DNA of 64,000 nt from Actinomycetota bacterium (GTDB taxonomy: Bacteria; Actinomycetota; UBA4738; HRBIN12), in NCBI GenBank assembly GCA_034667405.1, contig JAXDJX010000017.1, positions 8,245-72,244 of the forward strand, in the 5' to 3' direction. Positions within the stretch are counted from its first letter, which is position 1. The number at the start of each line of letters is the position of its first letter. Made by a program: the position numbers and the translations under genes. Positions 30,101 through 39,979 of the stretch are shown piece by piece. The notes beneath the pieces are model-generated. The model had not been told where the DNA came from. It saw only the letters and a list, made by a program, of their open reading frames with translations, and searched no databases.

Positions 30101-31182
30101 CCCTCGACGCTCGCGCCCGACGAGCTGCCCGTGCCTTCCGCATAGCGGTCGAAGACATGGAGCGCTCCGCTCCCGAACGCCACTCGTTCGAGCACTTCGA
30201 TCGATACCTGCGTCGAAGGGACTGGAACGAGCGGCTCACGACGGTGATCGTCGCAGCGGTCATCGCCATTGCCGCCATCACTCTTGTCAGTCGGGCGTTG
30301 GGCGACGCCGGAGTCCGAGTTCCCGCGGTGCCTCCCGCGCAGGGTGGCCTGATCCTCTTCGGCGAGCGCAACCCGAACGGCGGTCGGGCCCATTGGTTCA
30401 CGATGCGACCCGACGGCAGCGACCTGACCGATCTCCACGTCACCGCGACCTGCGCCACATGGTTACCCGATGGCAGCAAGATCCTCATCACGAATGACGC
30501 CGCCGTGGGGCCCGGCTCTCCGCTCCGACCTGCCGTGATCAACCCGGACGGATCAGGCCTGCAGCCGCTCGACGGGACGCGGAACCCGAACCTCAACCTG
30601 GGGTGCGGCGACGTGTCGCCCGATGGAGCCCGGATCACGCTCGAAGGGTTCGGCGGGGCTGGCCACCACGACCTGAACGGCATCTACTCGATCCGCGCAT
30701 CAGACGGCGGCGGACTCGTGCGTCTAATAAAGGGTCCCGTCGAGCCTCCCAGCATCTCGCCCGACGGGTCACGCATCAGCTTCAAGAGGGTCCAAGGAAG
30801 CCTCAACCCGTCGGCCTCGGGCGCCCTCTTCGTCACAAACTCCGACGGTTCGGGCCCGGTGCGGATCACGCCGCCCGGCTACGTCTCCGACGTGCCGGCG
30901 TGGTCACCGGACGGGAGATGGATCGTGTTCCAAAGACCCTACGGGCAACTGTTTATCGTTCACCCGAGCGGCACCGATCTTCAGCAAGTACCACTGACGC
31001 TCCCTCCGGGATCGTGGGCGCAGCACCCGACGTGGTCGCCGGATGGATCGATGATCGTCTTCAGCGTCCTCGCTGGAGATCGCAGTGGGGTCTACGTCGT
31101 CAGGATGGACGGAACGGGCCTGCACGAGGTCAGGGCGATCTCGAACCCCCAGACTCCCGACTGGGGTCGTGCAGCTGGTTGA
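30097..31182 (+). CDS. Membrane-anchored PD40/TolB-like beta-propeller protein, co-transcribed with the ECF sigma factor (candidate anti-sigma factor/sensor)
   Basis: ATGA overlap with the sigma gene. Cytoplasmic N-terminal about 45 aa, TM helix TTVIVAAVIAIAAITLV, then PD40 blades (SPDGSRI, WSPDGRWIVF, WSPDGSMIVF). Confidence 0.65.
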   Translation: MTLDARARRAARAFRIAVEDMERSAPERHSFEHFDRYLRRRDWNERLTTVIVAAVIAIAAITLVSRALGDAGVRVPAVPPAQGGLILFGERNPNGGRAHWFTMRPDGSDLTDLHVTATCATWLPDGSKILITNDAAVGPGSPLRPAVINPDGSGLQPLDGTRNPNLNLGCGDVSPDGARITLEGFGGAGHHDLNGIYSIRASDGGGLVRLIKGPVEPPSISPDGSRISFKRVQGSLNPSASGALFVTNSDGSGPVRITPPGYVSDVPAWSPDGRWIVFQRPYGQLFIVHPSGTDLQQVPLTLPPGSWAQHPTWSPDGSMIVFSVLAGDRSGVYVVRMDGTGLHEVRAISNPQTPDWGRAAG

Positions 31183-31373
31183 CCGTCCAGCACGCGGCGC
31201 GCCGACGTCGAGAGGTGGAGCCGGGGTCGACCGGTGGAGGCCTGAGCCTATTCCGTCCGCAAGCACTCCCGACAGCAGCCCTCGCTGCACACAAAGGTTG
31301 ACTCAACCGGGCCGCACGCTCGAGCGAGTTACCTACCGAAGCGCTCGCGATCGAGCGCGGAGGGGAGGGCACC

Positions 31374-32291
31374 ATGAAGCGAAAGATCGTCTTGATCGTC
31401 GCCGTTGTCGCGTCCTGCTGTTGGATGGCGGCGGGACTCATCCCCGCGTACGCGACGACGCCGGATCCGAACGGTCGCATCGCGTTCTCCATGGACTTCG
31501 GGCTCGGGGCCGAGATCTACACGATCAGACAGAGCGGTCTCGACATCCAACAGCTCACCGAGGTCGGGGGGAGCGCCGAGTCCCCGGACTGGTCGCCGGA
31601 CGGGAGGCGCATCGTGTTCCACATCGTGGACCAAGGGCTCTGGATGGTGAAAGCGAATGGCAGTCAACTGCACCAGGTCGTGGGCTCAGGCTTCCAGCCG
31701 GCGTTCACGCCAGACGGCAGGCACCTTGTCTACGACTGCGGCGACTGCGCCGGAGGTCAAGGGATCTTCCTGATGAAGGCAGACGGCTCGGACGCGCCCG
31801 GCGCGCGCCTGACCACGAACCCGTCGGGGTTCGAGGGGGACACCAACCCGGAGATCTCACCCGACGGGCAGACGATCACCTTCGTGCGCAGGAAGGTCGA
31901 GGGCGAGCTGCAAGGGCTGTTCGCCGTCGATATCGACGGGACGGATCTTCGCGAGCTCGTGCCCTACCGATTCAATGTCTTCATCAAGCACGACTGGGCA
32001 CCCAACGGCGAGCACATCGTGTTCACCTCCCCGATCGAGGGGCAGCCCAACGTTTACACGGTTGCCCCGGACGGATCCCACCTCGTGCAACTCACCCACG
32101 TCCAGTCCGGGAGCGGGGCGCTTGCAGGGTCATACTCGCCTGATGGGCGATGGATCGCCTTCCGAGGGGAGAACCCATCGATAGGCCTGTACCGGTTAAT
32201 GAAGATGCGCCCGAACGGTTGCGATCACGTGATCGTCACGACTGCTCCTATCGGCGAACGGTACATCGATTGGGGCCCGGCCCCGAACTGA
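31374..32291 (+). CDS. PD40/TolB-like beta-propeller repeat protein, secreted (paralog)
   Basis: Signal peptide MKRKIVLIVAVVASCCWMAAGLIPAYA. PD40 blades. Ends DWGPAPN. Confidence 0.7.
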   Translation: MKRKIVLIVAVVASCCWMAAGLIPAYATTPDPNGRIAFSMDFGLGAEIYTIRQSGLDIQQLTEVGGSAESPDWSPDGRRIVFHIVDQGLWMVKANGSQLHQVVGSGFQPAFTPDGRHLVYDCGDCAGGQGIFLMKADGSDAPGARLTTNPSGFEGDTNPEISPDGQTITFVRRKVEGELQGLFAVDIDGTDLRELVPYRFNVFIKHDWAPNGEHIVFTSPIEGQPNVYTVAPDGSHLVQLTHVQSGSGALAGSYSPDGRWIAFRGENPSIGLYRLMKMRPNGCDHVIVTTAPIGERYIDWGPAPN

Positions 32292-32379
32292 ACCGGACGG
32301 ACGGCGCCAGCCGCCGGAGCCTGCTCCTCCGGCGGCTGGCAGCCTTCTGCAACGGAAGCAAGGCGGCCCCGCTCGATCC

Positions 32380-32687
32380 GGGAGATCGAGCAGAAGCGGC
32401 AGCAGCCCGAGGATCGTTCTGGGAGATGCATGATCGGTTGTACGAGAACCAGCGACGCCCGGGGCCTGAAGACCTCCACCTGTACGCGGACGTGCCGGGG
32501 CTCGCGTCGACGTGTTCGAGAAGGAACTCGCCGAGCACGCATGCCGATCCGGGTTCACGAGGACTTCATGAGCGGTGTGAGCGGCGTGAACGGCACGCCG
32601 ACCTTCTTCATCAACGGTGCCCGCCACGACGACTCGTACGAGTTCGAGACGCTCCTTGCCGCCATCGAGCGCGGCGCCGGGAAGTAG
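32380..32687 (+). pseudogene. Degraded DsbA-family thiol-disulfide oxidoreductase gene remnant (N-terminally truncated, two frameshifts)
   Basis: DsbA-like segments lie in three different frames: FWEMHDRLYENQ...LHLYADVPGL, then DVDVFEKELAEH, then RVHEDFMSGVSGVNGTPTFFINGARHDDSYEFETLLAAIERG. No CxxC-containing N-terminus. Confidence 0.5.
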
Positions 32688-32693
32688 AGAGGA

Positions 32694-33347
32694 TCACGTT
32701 CGTGGTGTACGAGTGAACGTGACGTGCACGGTGTTGCTCTCGGCGGTCTCGGTTCGTGCCTCATAGCCCTCCTCGAAGCCGCGGAGGTCGTCCCACAGAT
32801 CGATCCCGCGACCCAGGAGGATGGGCGCGATGGCGACGTGCAGCTGGTCGACGAGACCGGCCTTCAGGAAGGCTCGGACGGTGCTGATGCCACCCCCGAT
32901 CCGCACGTCCTTGCCGCCGGCGGCAGCGGTGGCCTGCGCAAGGACCTCCGGGGGAGCCGCCGTGACGAAATGGAACGTCGTGCCACCGGCCATCTCGATC
33001 GACCCGAGCTTGCGGTGAGTGAGCACGAATACCGGCACGCGGAAGGGCGGCTCGTCGCCCCACCAGCCCTTCCAGTTGGGGTCGTCGGGAAAGGTGTGGA
33101 ACCCGAACATCCCGGCACCCATGATCTCCGCGCCGACGCCCTCGAAGTAGGCCGCTGCGAACTCGTCATCGACGCCGCTCGTGCCCTCGCCCGACATGTC
33201 GTGTAAGACCCGCTCGCGGAACGTGCGCGTGGCGACATAGGCCGCGGTGAGCTTGTTCCAGTCCTCTCCGAATGGGTTGTCGGGCGTGCCGCCTTCGGTC
33301 GTGCCGTAGCCGTCCAACGAGATGTTTAGGTCGACCCGTACGCTCAT
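32694..33347 (-). CDS. Dihydrofolate reductase family protein (RibD C-terminal domain), second copy in window
   Basis: MSVRVDLNISLDGYGTTEGG... pattern. Start at the internal Met (the ORF track extends to an upstream GTG). Confidence 0.75.
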   Translation of the reverse strand: MSVRVDLNISLDGYGTTEGGTPDNPFGEDWNKLTAAYVATRTFRERVLHDMSGEGTSGVDDEFAAAYFEGVGAEIMGAGMFGFHTFPDDPNWKGWWGDEPPFRVPVFVLTHRKLGSIEMAGGTTFHFVTAAPPEVLAQATAAAGGKDVRIGGGISTVRAFLKAGLVDQLHVAIAPILLGRGIDLWDDLRGFEEGYEARTETAESNTVHVTFTRTPRT

Positions 33348-33520
33348 GCTAGCCCCCAGGAGTGATCGTTCATGGCAGGCACTATGGCACGCTGGCGACG
33401 CTAGCTCCCGGCCATGGCGGATCCGCCAAATTCCAGGGAGTCGAGACACAACTTCGCCTCACCACGCGCCGTCGGCGTGGTTGGCGAGCCAAACGGATAG
33501 GCGCCCGTTCGCCGGCGTCC

Positions 33521-33931
33521 TCACCGAGGTGGAACGTCTGCGGGTGCTTTCATCTCCGTCTCTCGCAGGAGAACACGATCACGCTTCACCACCGTGATCG
33601 CGATCAGCACTAACGCGAACGCGTTCAATGGGTGGAGCGCCGCGAGCACCGCGGACACATCGCGCATGTTCACGAGCAAAATCTGGACGAAGACATCGCC
33701 GATCAGCAGCAACGTGAGGTTTCTCTCCATCTTCGGCAACCGAGCGAGCAGGCCCGTGATGAGCAAGAGGGGAAGGCCGAACTCGAACAAGGAATAGCCC
33801 ACGATGGTGTGCAGATCGGGGGTATGCACGGCCCCGAATAGGAACAAGCCGATCAGGAACGGCTGTGCGACGATCCCCGCCAGCATCAGGTACGCCACCA
33901 CCAGGTGAGCCTTCAAGAACCGACGATTCAT
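33521..33931 (-). CDS. Small integral membrane protein (about 4 TM helices), unknown function
   Basis: Hydrophobic helices throughout. Start at MNRRFLKAHLVVAYLMLAGI. Confidence 0.4.
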   Translation of the reverse strand: MNRRFLKAHLVVAYLMLAGIVAQPFLIGLFLFGAVHTPDLHTIVGYSLFEFGLPLLLITGLLARLPKMERNLTLLLIGDVFVQILLVNMRDVSAVLAALHPLNAFALVLIAITVVKRDRVLLRETEMKAPADVPPR

Positions 33932-34102
33932 CTCTTGCCTCCGTTCCCTATCCCGTTCGCGCGACGTGCTGCTCGGCCGCAATCATGACGAATCACGCGC
34001 CACCGCACATCCTGAGATACGCGACCGCGACCTTAGGCTGACGCGTCACGCTTGCGTTGCTGGTGAACCCTCCGCACGGTGGCCATGTCCATCGCGTACG
34101 CC

Positions 34103-35023
34103 CTACTCCTCGGCGTTCGCGCGTTTCAACGCGTCCTCGAACGCCATCGGTCTGATCTCGGGGAACAGCTCGGTGGCGGAGCGATCGCGGACAACCACCT
34201 CGGTGCTCAGACCCTCGATGAGCGGACGAGCGAGCGCTGACGGAACCGACGTGGTCAGACCGCACCACAACGATGAGAGCCACGGAGTGAGCAGGGGCAC
34301 CGAGACGATCGGACGCGTAACGCCTCTCGAGGAAGCGAACGCCTTCATCATCTCGCGGTACGTGACGGTCTCGGGCCCGCCGACCTCTACCACCGTATGT
34401 TGGCTTTCCAGCGGTATCGAGGCGCCGGCCGCGAGGTACTCGATCACGTCGTCGATCGCGATCGGCTGCGTCTTGGTGTCCACCCATCGCGGGACCACCA
34501 TCGCCGGCAGGCGGTTCACGAGGTCGCGGAGCATCCGGAACGATGCGCTCTCCCGCCCGATCACCATGGCGGCGCGGAACTCCAACACCGGCGGCCCTTC
34601 TTCGGCGAGCACCCTGCCCACCTCCTGCCGGCTCGCGAGGTGCGGTGACATAGGACCGTCGTCCTCGGACCCCAGGCCGCCGAGGTAGATGACGCGCCGC
34701 ACGCCGGACTCTTTGGCAGCGCGGCCGAAGTTCGCCGCCCCGTCGTGATCGGTCTGCTCGAACTTGTCGACCCCCGACTCCATCGAGTGCACCAGGTAGT
34801 AAGCGGTGGAGACGCCTTCCAGCGCCGGCGGGAGGGTCGCGCTGTGCAGGACGTCGAGTTCAACGGCCCGAAGATCGGGCCAGCGTTCCTTGAGCACCTC
34901 GGCCCGCCTCCCGGCCGTGATCACCTCGTAGCCGTCGGAGGCCAGCCTGGTGGTCAGCCGAGAGCCGATCACGCCGCTTGCGCCCGTCACCAGGATCGTT
35001 CCGTCTGCTGGTTCGTTCCCCAT
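34103..35023 (-). CDS. NAD(P)H-binding (atypical SDR / NmrA/YbjT-like) oxidoreductase
   Basis: Rossmann motif ILVTGASGVIGSRL. Long C-terminal extension typical of YbjT/complex-I-39kDa-like proteins. Confidence 0.7.
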   Translation of the reverse strand: MGNEPADGTILVTGASGVIGSRLTTRLASDGYEVITAGRRAEVLKERWPDLRAVELDVLHSATLPPALEGVSTAYYLVHSMESGVDKFEQTDHDGAANFGRAAKESGVRRVIYLGGLGSEDDGPMSPHLASRQEVGRVLAEEGPPVLEFRAAMVIGRESASFRMLRDLVNRLPAMVVPRWVDTKTQPIAIDDVIEYLAAGASIPLESQHTVVEVGGPETVTYREMMKAFASSRGVTRPIVSVPLLTPWLSSLWCGLTTSVPSALARPLIEGLSTEVVVRDRSATELFPEIRPMAFEDALKRANAEE

Positions 35024-35121
35024 GTCATCCCTGCTCCGTGGCGCGTCAAGGTAACCGGTCCAGCTGGACAATATACGAAACGAGGCGTATGGTATCTATA
35101 AGGAACCGAAAGGAGTGAACC

Positions 35122-36081
35122 GTGCAAGGGACACAGCTCAAGACGACCCAGCTCGGGAGCACCGGCATGGAGATCACGCGCGTCGGGTACGGGGCGTGGG
35201 CCATCGGAGGCGGAGGGTGGGAGTTCGGTTGGGGACCGCAGGAGGACGAGGCCTCGATCGAGACCATCCATCGGGCGCTCGAGCTCGGGGTGAATTGGAT
35301 CGACACCGCGGCAGCCTACGGATTCGGTCATTCGGAGGAGGTCGTGGGTCGCGCGCTCAGTGGGCGAGACGAACGCCCGTACGTCTTTACCAAGGCATCT
35401 CTCGTGCCCGGGCCCGGCGGACGTGTTCTGCACAGCCTGAAGCGCGACTCGATCCTGCGTGAGGCCGAGGCCAGCCTGCATCGGCTCGGCGTCGACGCGA
35501 TCGACCTGTATCAGATCCACTGGCCGATCCCCGAGGAAGACATCGAGGAAGGCTGGTCTACGTTCCTCGAGTTGAAGGAGCAGGGACTGGCGCGCCACAT
35601 CGGCGTTTCCAACTTCGGCGTTGGACAGCTGCGGCGGATCCGGAAGATCGGCCCGGTTGAGACGCTGCAGCCGCCCTATTCGCTGATCGCGCGCGAGATC
35701 GAAGACGCGATCCTGCCGTTCGCCGCGCGCGAGGGCATCGGGGTGCTCGCCTACTCTCCGATGGGTTCGGGCCTGCTCACCGGCGGGATGACCAGAGAGC
35801 GGATCGAAGCGCTGCCAGACGACGATTGGCGCAAGCGCGACGAGCAGTTCCAGGAGCCGCTCCTGTCGAAGCACCTGGCCCTGGTGGAGCGGCTGAAGAC
35901 CGTCGCGGAACGGCACGGGACCTCGCCGGGAGCGGTCGCGGTGGCCTGGACGCTGAAGAACCCAGCGGTCGACGCGGCCATCACCGGCTTCCGCCGCCCC
36001 GACCAGGTCGCACCCATCCTGGCCGCCGCGGATCTGGAACTCAGCCCGGACGACATCACCACCATCGAAGGGATCGAGTGA
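35122..36081 (+). CDS. Aldo/keto reductase
   Basis: GAAAGGAG RBS, GTG start. AKR signatures (GYGAWAIGG, IDTAAAYGFGHSEEVVGRAL, IGVSNF). Confidence 0.85.
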   Translation: MQGTQLKTTQLGSTGMEITRVGYGAWAIGGGGWEFGWGPQEDEASIETIHRALELGVNWIDTAAAYGFGHSEEVVGRALSGRDERPYVFTKASLVPGPGGRVLHSLKRDSILREAEASLHRLGVDAIDLYQIHWPIPEEDIEEGWSTFLELKEQGLARHIGVSNFGVGQLRRIRKIGPVETLQPPYSLIAREIEDAILPFAAREGIGVLAYSPMGSGLLTGGMTRERIEALPDDDWRKRDEQFQEPLLSKHLALVERLKTVAERHGTSPGAVAVAWTLKNPAVDAAITGFRRPDQVAPILAAADLELSPDDITTIEGIE

Positions 36082-36082
36082 G

Positions 36083-36736
36083 ATGGCTCCGGACCGCGTG
36101 ACCGAAACTGCTCCGGTGACTCGGCCGCGCGGGCGCCCACGCAGCGAACGGGCGCAGCACGCGATCTTGACCGCAGCGATCGAATTGCTGCTGGAACGAG
36201 GGCTCCGAGCGATGAGTATGGAGGAGCTGGCGGAGCGAGCAGGGGTCAGTAAAGCGACGATCTACCGCTGGTGGGACTCGAAGGATCTGCTGGCCATGGA
36301 TGCCCTGTCCGCCGCGTGGGCGCCGAAGCGAGACGGCGAGCGAGACACCGGAAGCCTGCGCGGCGATCTGCTGGCTCAATTCCGCCCCTGGCTGCGTCAA
36401 CTTACTGACAAGCCGTACGGGCGCGTGATCGCAGGACTGATCGCGCAGGCGCAGACTGACCCGTTGTTCGCCGAGCGGTACCGAGACCATTTCGTCCAGC
36501 CACGACGAGACGCCACGCGCCCGCTGCTCCTTCGAGCGATGGACCGTGTCGAGATCGCCGCCGATACCGATCTGGAGCTCGCCCTGGACCTCCTCTATGG
36601 CCCGATCTACCACCGACTGCTCCATGGGCACGCCCCACTCACCGACCGCTTCATCCAACAGGTCATCGACGCCGTCATCGCTGCGACCTCGTCCGGGGTG
36701 ATCGCCCAGGTTCGTGAAGGGAAGCGCAGGACGTGA
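36083..36736 (+). CDS. TetR/AcrR family transcriptional regulator
   Basis: N-terminal HTH LERGLRAMSMEELAERAGVSKATIYRWW. Confidence 0.8.
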   Translation: MAPDRVTETAPVTRPRGRPRSERAQHAILTAAIELLLERGLRAMSMEELAERAGVSKATIYRWWDSKDLLAMDALSAAWAPKRDGERDTGSLRGDLLAQFRPWLRQLTDKPYGRVIAGLIAQAQTDPLFAERYRDHFVQPRRDATRPLLLRAMDRVEIAADTDLELALDLLYGPIYHRLLHGHAPLTDRFIQQVIDAVIAATSSGVIAQVREGKRRT

Positions 36737-38334
36737 CCGAACCGTCGACTTCGTCTGCATGGGCTCCGTTCCGGAACAAGACGTTTCGGGTGCTGTGGCT
36801 CGCGCAGTTCGTGTCCAACGTCGGCACGTGGATGCAGAGCGTGGGGGCGGTCTGGGTCATGCTGCAGCTGCGGGCGTCGCCGACGTTCGTGGCGCTCGTG
36901 GTGACGGCGAGCTCGCTGCCGGTCGTGTTCTTCGGGATCGTTGGAGGGGCGCTGGCCGACCTGGTCGACCGCCGGCGACTCTTGCTCGTGGCCCAGACGC
37001 TCATGCTCCTGGCCGCGAGCGCGCTTGCGATCCTCGACGTCTCGGGCCGGGTGACGTCCACCTCGCTCCTCGCGATCACCTTCCTGTTGGGCGTGGGTAC
37101 CGCCCTGAACGGACCGGCCTGGCAGGCGATCCAGCCGGAGCTGGTGCCGCACGAGCAGTTCCCCCAGGCCGTGACCTTGGGCGGAGCGAGCATCAACCTG
37201 GGACGTGCGTTGGGTCCGGCGCTCGCGGGCGTGATCCTCGCCGTTTCCGGGGCCTGGCTCGTCTTCCTGTTGAACGCGCTCTCCTTCGGGGCGGTGGTGC
37301 TCGCGCTCGCCGTGTGGAGGCGCGAAGCAGCGGAGACCGCCGGGCCGCCGGAGCACTTCGTTGGTGCCGTCCGTGCCGGGATCCGGTTCGCGTTCTTCTC
37401 GCGGGAACTGATGGTGGTCCTGATACGTGCCGGTGCGTTCTCCGTAACGAGCGCGGGGCTCATGGCGCTGGCGCCGGTGTATGCGACCGGCGTCCTACAC
37501 CTGGGGTCGGGTGGCCTCGGGTTCCTGCTCGGCGGATTCGGAGTAGGGGCGGTAAGTGCGGCGGGCCTCCTGCCCAAGATCCGGAAGCGTATGGGTGGGG
37601 ACGTCGTGGTAACCGTCGGCTCGCTCGGGGTCGCCGCGGCGTTGCTGGGACTGGCGGCCACCCGTTCAGTGCCGCTCGCCTTGGGGACCGTGGTGGTTGC
37701 CGGCGCGGCGTGGCTCCTGTGTCTCTCGACGTTCAACGTCGCTTCCCAGGAGGCGTTGCCAGCCTGGGTCCGTGCCCGCGGGCTCGCGATGTACCTGACC
37801 GTGTTCATGGGTGGCGTCGCCATCGGCAGTGCCGCGTGGGGTTCGCTCGCTAGTTCGGTCGGGATCCCGGCTGCGTTCGCGTGGGGTGCGCTCGCCGTTG
37901 CGATGACCACACCGTTGGCGCTGGGCTGGAGGCTGCGGTGGATCGACGAGGTGGACCTGAGCACGTCACCGATGCACGCGCCGGAGTTGCGGGTCATGCC
38001 TGAGGAGTCAAACGGACCCGCGTTCGTGATGATCGGCTACGACGTCTTGCCGCAGATGGAGGAGCCCTTCCAAGTGGCACTGCGCCGGGTGGGACGGGCC
38101 CGCCGGCGAACCGGAGCGGTGCGATGGTCCGTGTACCGCGACGCGGACCAACCGCAGCGGTTCGTCGAAACCTTCGTAGTGCCGAGCTGGGGCGAGCACA
38201 TGCGTCAGCATGGACGGCGGACCGCGGCCGACGCGAGCCTGCAGGAAGACCTCCGAGCCTTCCTCCGCACCGACGCTGATCCGACTGTCACGCATCTGGT
38301 CGCGCCCATCCATACGGGGCACGCCAACGGATGA
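36733..38334 (+). CDS. MFS transporter (EntS/MFS_3-like, 12 TM) with about 120-aa C-terminal cytoplasmic extension
   Basis: Overlaps the TetR stop. FRVLWLAQFVSNVGTWMQSVGAVWV is typical of the enterobactin-exporter-like MFS subfamily. Confidence 0.8.
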   Translation: MTEPSTSSAWAPFRNKTFRVLWLAQFVSNVGTWMQSVGAVWVMLQLRASPTFVALVVTASSLPVVFFGIVGGALADLVDRRRLLLVAQTLMLLAASALAILDVSGRVTSTSLLAITFLLGVGTALNGPAWQAIQPELVPHEQFPQAVTLGGASINLGRALGPALAGVILAVSGAWLVFLLNALSFGAVVLALAVWRREAAETAGPPEHFVGAVRAGIRFAFFSRELMVVLIRAGAFSVTSAGLMALAPVYATGVLHLGSGGLGFLLGGFGVGAVSAAGLLPKIRKRMGGDVVVTVGSLGVAAALLGLAATRSVPLALGTVVVAGAAWLLCLSTFNVASQEALPAWVRARGLAMYLTVFMGGVAIGSAAWGSLASSVGIPAAFAWGALAVAMTTPLALGWRLRWIDEVDLSTSPMHAPELRVMPEESNGPAFVMIGYDVLPQMEEPFQVALRRVGRARRRTGAVRWSVYRDADQPQRFVETFVVPSWGEHMRQHGRRTAADASLQEDLRAFLRTDADPTVTHLVAPIHTGHANG

Positions 38335-38444
38335 CCTCGGAGGTCCGCCAGTAGGCGCGCGGCATACGCCCCGTCATTGCACCTCGTAGCATCCGCCGGG
38401 TTCGCGGGGTATGGTCCGAGGCGATTCCTACGAGAGGGGTACGT

Positions 38445-38819
38445 ATGTCCGAGAGGTGGAGGTTCGTAGGACGACGGTTGGCAGGGCTCGCGGTCGCCGC
38501 CGGTGTCTTGGTAGCGGCGCCCGGGATCGCGTCGGCGCAGACCACGACGACGAGTTCGTCGTTCAACCCGCTATACATCCTCATCGCCGGCGCGGTCATG
38601 GCCGCCCTCTGCGGGTGGATCGCGAGCACGAAGGGGCGCAGCGTGGCCTTGTGGGCGGTCCTCGGATTCTTCTTCGGTCTGATCGCGCTCATCATCATCG
38701 CCGTGCTGAAGAAGCAGCAGCCGGCAATGAGCGCCGGGATGGTCGCGCCTCCGCCGCCGCCGATGAGCGCCTCTCCGCCCCCTCCGCCAACGCCGCCCTC
38801 GGACCCCTCAGGCTTCTAG
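38445..38819 (+). CDS. Small secreted/membrane protein with signal peptide, two TM helices and proline-rich C-terminus
   Basis: Signal AAPGIASAQ. TM stretches. PPPPPMSASPPPPPTPPSDP tail. Confidence 0.45.
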   Translation: MSERWRFVGRRLAGLAVAAGVLVAAPGIASAQTTTTSSSFNPLYILIAGAVMAALCGWIASTKGRSVALWAVLGFFFGLIALIIIAVLKKQQPAMSAGMVAPPPPPMSASPPPPPTPPSDPSGF

Positions 38820-39008
38820 GAGGTTCCGCGACCCGCGCGACTCGGGGGTCGCCACGTGTTCACCTCCCACGACCGTGACCAGGTGCGGGAGCGGATCCTT
38901 GCGCTGGCCTCCTCCGACCCACGGACTCGAGGGCATGTACGGGGCCGATGGTCGGCAGGGTAGAAGGTCAGCTGAAGGAGATCGCTCGCGGCAACTGAGC
39001 TGACTCGA

Positions 39009-39524
39009 TCAGAGAGTCGGAGGGGGCGGGATCGAGCCGATGGACATGATGCGAGCGGCGCGGTCGTCCCTCGGGACGTAGCAGCGGATCCCGTGTCCGT
39101 CCGAGGCCTTGATCACGAGAACACGCTGGAACAACACGACCGTCGCCGATCGCAACGACATGACGGCTGAGCCTCGCGAAGCTTCGAACCCGATCCGCGT
39201 TGCTCGCCCGCGCAGGTTCGTCCGCGCGAAGATGATCCGGCTGGAGGTCACCGCGACGATGCCCAGCTTGCAGAATGGAAAGATCGCGGCGTAGCAGACG
39301 CAGATGCACACCAGTAGGGTCAAAGATTCCCCCGAGTGGCCTGTGTTCCTGTAAGAGGAGTAATCCAGCACACCGTTGATCAGTATCCCTGCAAGCAGCC
39401 CCATCATCGGATGGGCGCCCGCGATTCCCGCCACTGCTTCTTCTACTACCTCACCGGGTAGAAGGAGCGGCTGAACTTTCCCACGCGTGCGCTCGAACAT
39501 CTGCGCCCTGCGTTCGGCCAACAT
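39009..39524 (-). CDS. Membrane protein with bacterial PH (YdbS/bPH_2-like) domain
   Basis: Two TM helices followed by a PH-like segment (RIIFARTNLRGRATRIGFEASRGSAVMSLRSATVVLFQRVLVIKASDG). GC3 is noticeably lower than in neighbouring genes. Confidence 0.45.
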   Translation of the reverse strand: MLAERRAQMFERTRGKVQPLLLPGEVVEEAVAGIAGAHPMMGLLAGILINGVLDYSSYRNTGHSGESLTLLVCICVCYAAIFPFCKLGIVAVTSSRIIFARTNLRGRATRIGFEASRGSAVMSLRSATVVLFQRVLVIKASDGHGIRCYVPRDDRAARIMSIGSIPPPPTL

Positions 39525-39606
39525 GGGCGGATTCTATGTCGGTCCCATGACCCCTCGATAATGGCGCTCGACGAACTGCGCCTTCTCCACGCTCAGCAAG
39601 GGGACG

Positions 39607-39894
39607 TCAGGCTCGGACTCTGTCGTCGATGAAGAGATACACCGTGAACGGTTGTCCGTTGTCGACGAACGTGTCCTTCGTGGCTCGAGCGCACACCCGC
39701 CCGTTGCCGTTGAAGTCGGAGGCGTTGTCCGCCTGGTACGGCTCGGTTGCCACGTCCCACCTGCGGAAGGCGGAAGCAGGGTTCGGGCACGTGCCGCCCG
39801 ACCCCGCGGTCGCGGAGGTGGCGCCGAGGATCGATCCACCCACCATGATCGTCGACATCACCGACGCTGCCGCCACGATCCTGCGCACGCCCAT
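39607..39894 (-). CDS. Small secreted protein (95 aa) with signal peptide
   Basis: MGVRRIVAAASVMSTIMVGGSILGATSATA signal. Two Cys. Otherwise unassigned. Confidence 0.4.
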   Translation of the reverse strand: MGVRRIVAAASVMSTIMVGGSILGATSATAGSGGTCPNPASAFRRWDVATEPYQADNASDFNGNGRVCARATKDTFVDNGQPFTVYLFIDDRVRA

Positions 39895-39979
39895 CGCCCC
39901 TACCTCCCGTCGTTCGGATGGCTCACGGTACGGTCCTTGCAGCTAGACGCGCATCTGACATCTGTCATATCGTCCTGGG

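Noticed and set aside
32150-32716. 188-aa plus-strand ORF
   Set aside because: Its 5' part overlaps the PD40 gene in another frame. The remainder is one frame of the decayed DsbA-like remnant, not an intact gene.
36675-37997. 440-aa minus-strand ORF
   Set aside because: Antisense to the MFS transporter and TetR genes. Ser/Ala/Pro/Thr low-complexity artefact.
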